59,508 nucleotides of DNA from a virus (taxonomy: Duplodnaviria; Caudoviricetes): IMG/VR virus record IMGVR_UViG_3300049024_000030, positions 1 to 59,508 of that record; one strand, written 5' to 3'. The notes under the pieces were generated by a model. The model was given only the letters and a program-made list of their open reading frames with translations. It ran no database searches and had not been told where the DNA came from. The position numbers and the translations under genes are program-made. This document shows, piece by piece, positions 59,372 to 59,508 of this stretch; positions within the stretch are counted from its first letter, which is position 1, and each line of letters starts with the position of its first letter.

Positions 59372-59508
59372 CGCCCACCTTTGCGCGCGGAAGGGGGAAG
59401 AAAGGGGAATATGAGCGAAGAGATAAAAGCACCAACTCTAGATTTAACGCTACTGGACCAGGCCGAACGATTACAAACCGGAGCGAATGTCCATCGTATT
59501 GGAGAGGC

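Noticed and set aside
59382-59508. Terminal repeat as a biological DTR
   Set aside because: It is exactly 127 bp, cuts through an ORF and lies far from terS. This is typical of a k=127 assembly overlap of a circular or permuted genome.

Overview
This window is a complete, circularly assembled temperate siphovirus-like phage genome of about 59,381 bp. Bases 1-127 are repeated at 59382-59508, most likely an assembler overlap. The minus-strand late region runs from a lysis-like cassette with a FixL-type PAS protein through a LamG/repeat fibre module, F-like head protein, ParB-methylase, TerS/TerL, portal, scaffold, P22-like coat, neck, tail tube, frameshifted chaperone, tape measure and tail tip. 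The minus-strand early region has cro-like, Xis-like, CII-like, Bet, SSB, a ParB-MTase module, a replication initiator, DnaB, RusA-like and an outer-membrane beta-barrel gene. The plus strand carries the repressor, a tyrosine integrase with an intact attP matching the 3' half of tRNA-Thr(CGT), and an accessory arm with a second XerC-like recombinase. The most notable element is at about 33.6-35.1 kb: a stand-alone Cas7/RAMP-like gene and an HTH partner gene, interleaved with four non-coding arrays of strict 5-nt periodicity ([C/T/G]GY + variable NN) that all end in the same YTCAACGCAACGY tail. I read this as a candidate non-CRISPR RNA-guided system. Other highlights are a tRNA-like RNA with a ~110-nt D-loop insertion heading a ~420-nt structured non-coding region, a second programmed -1 frameshift in a non-structural membrane gene, a recurring AAATAAA-N13/14-[-10] leaderless late promoter, and no recognisable endolysin. 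All calls come from reading motifs by eye; no database searches were run.
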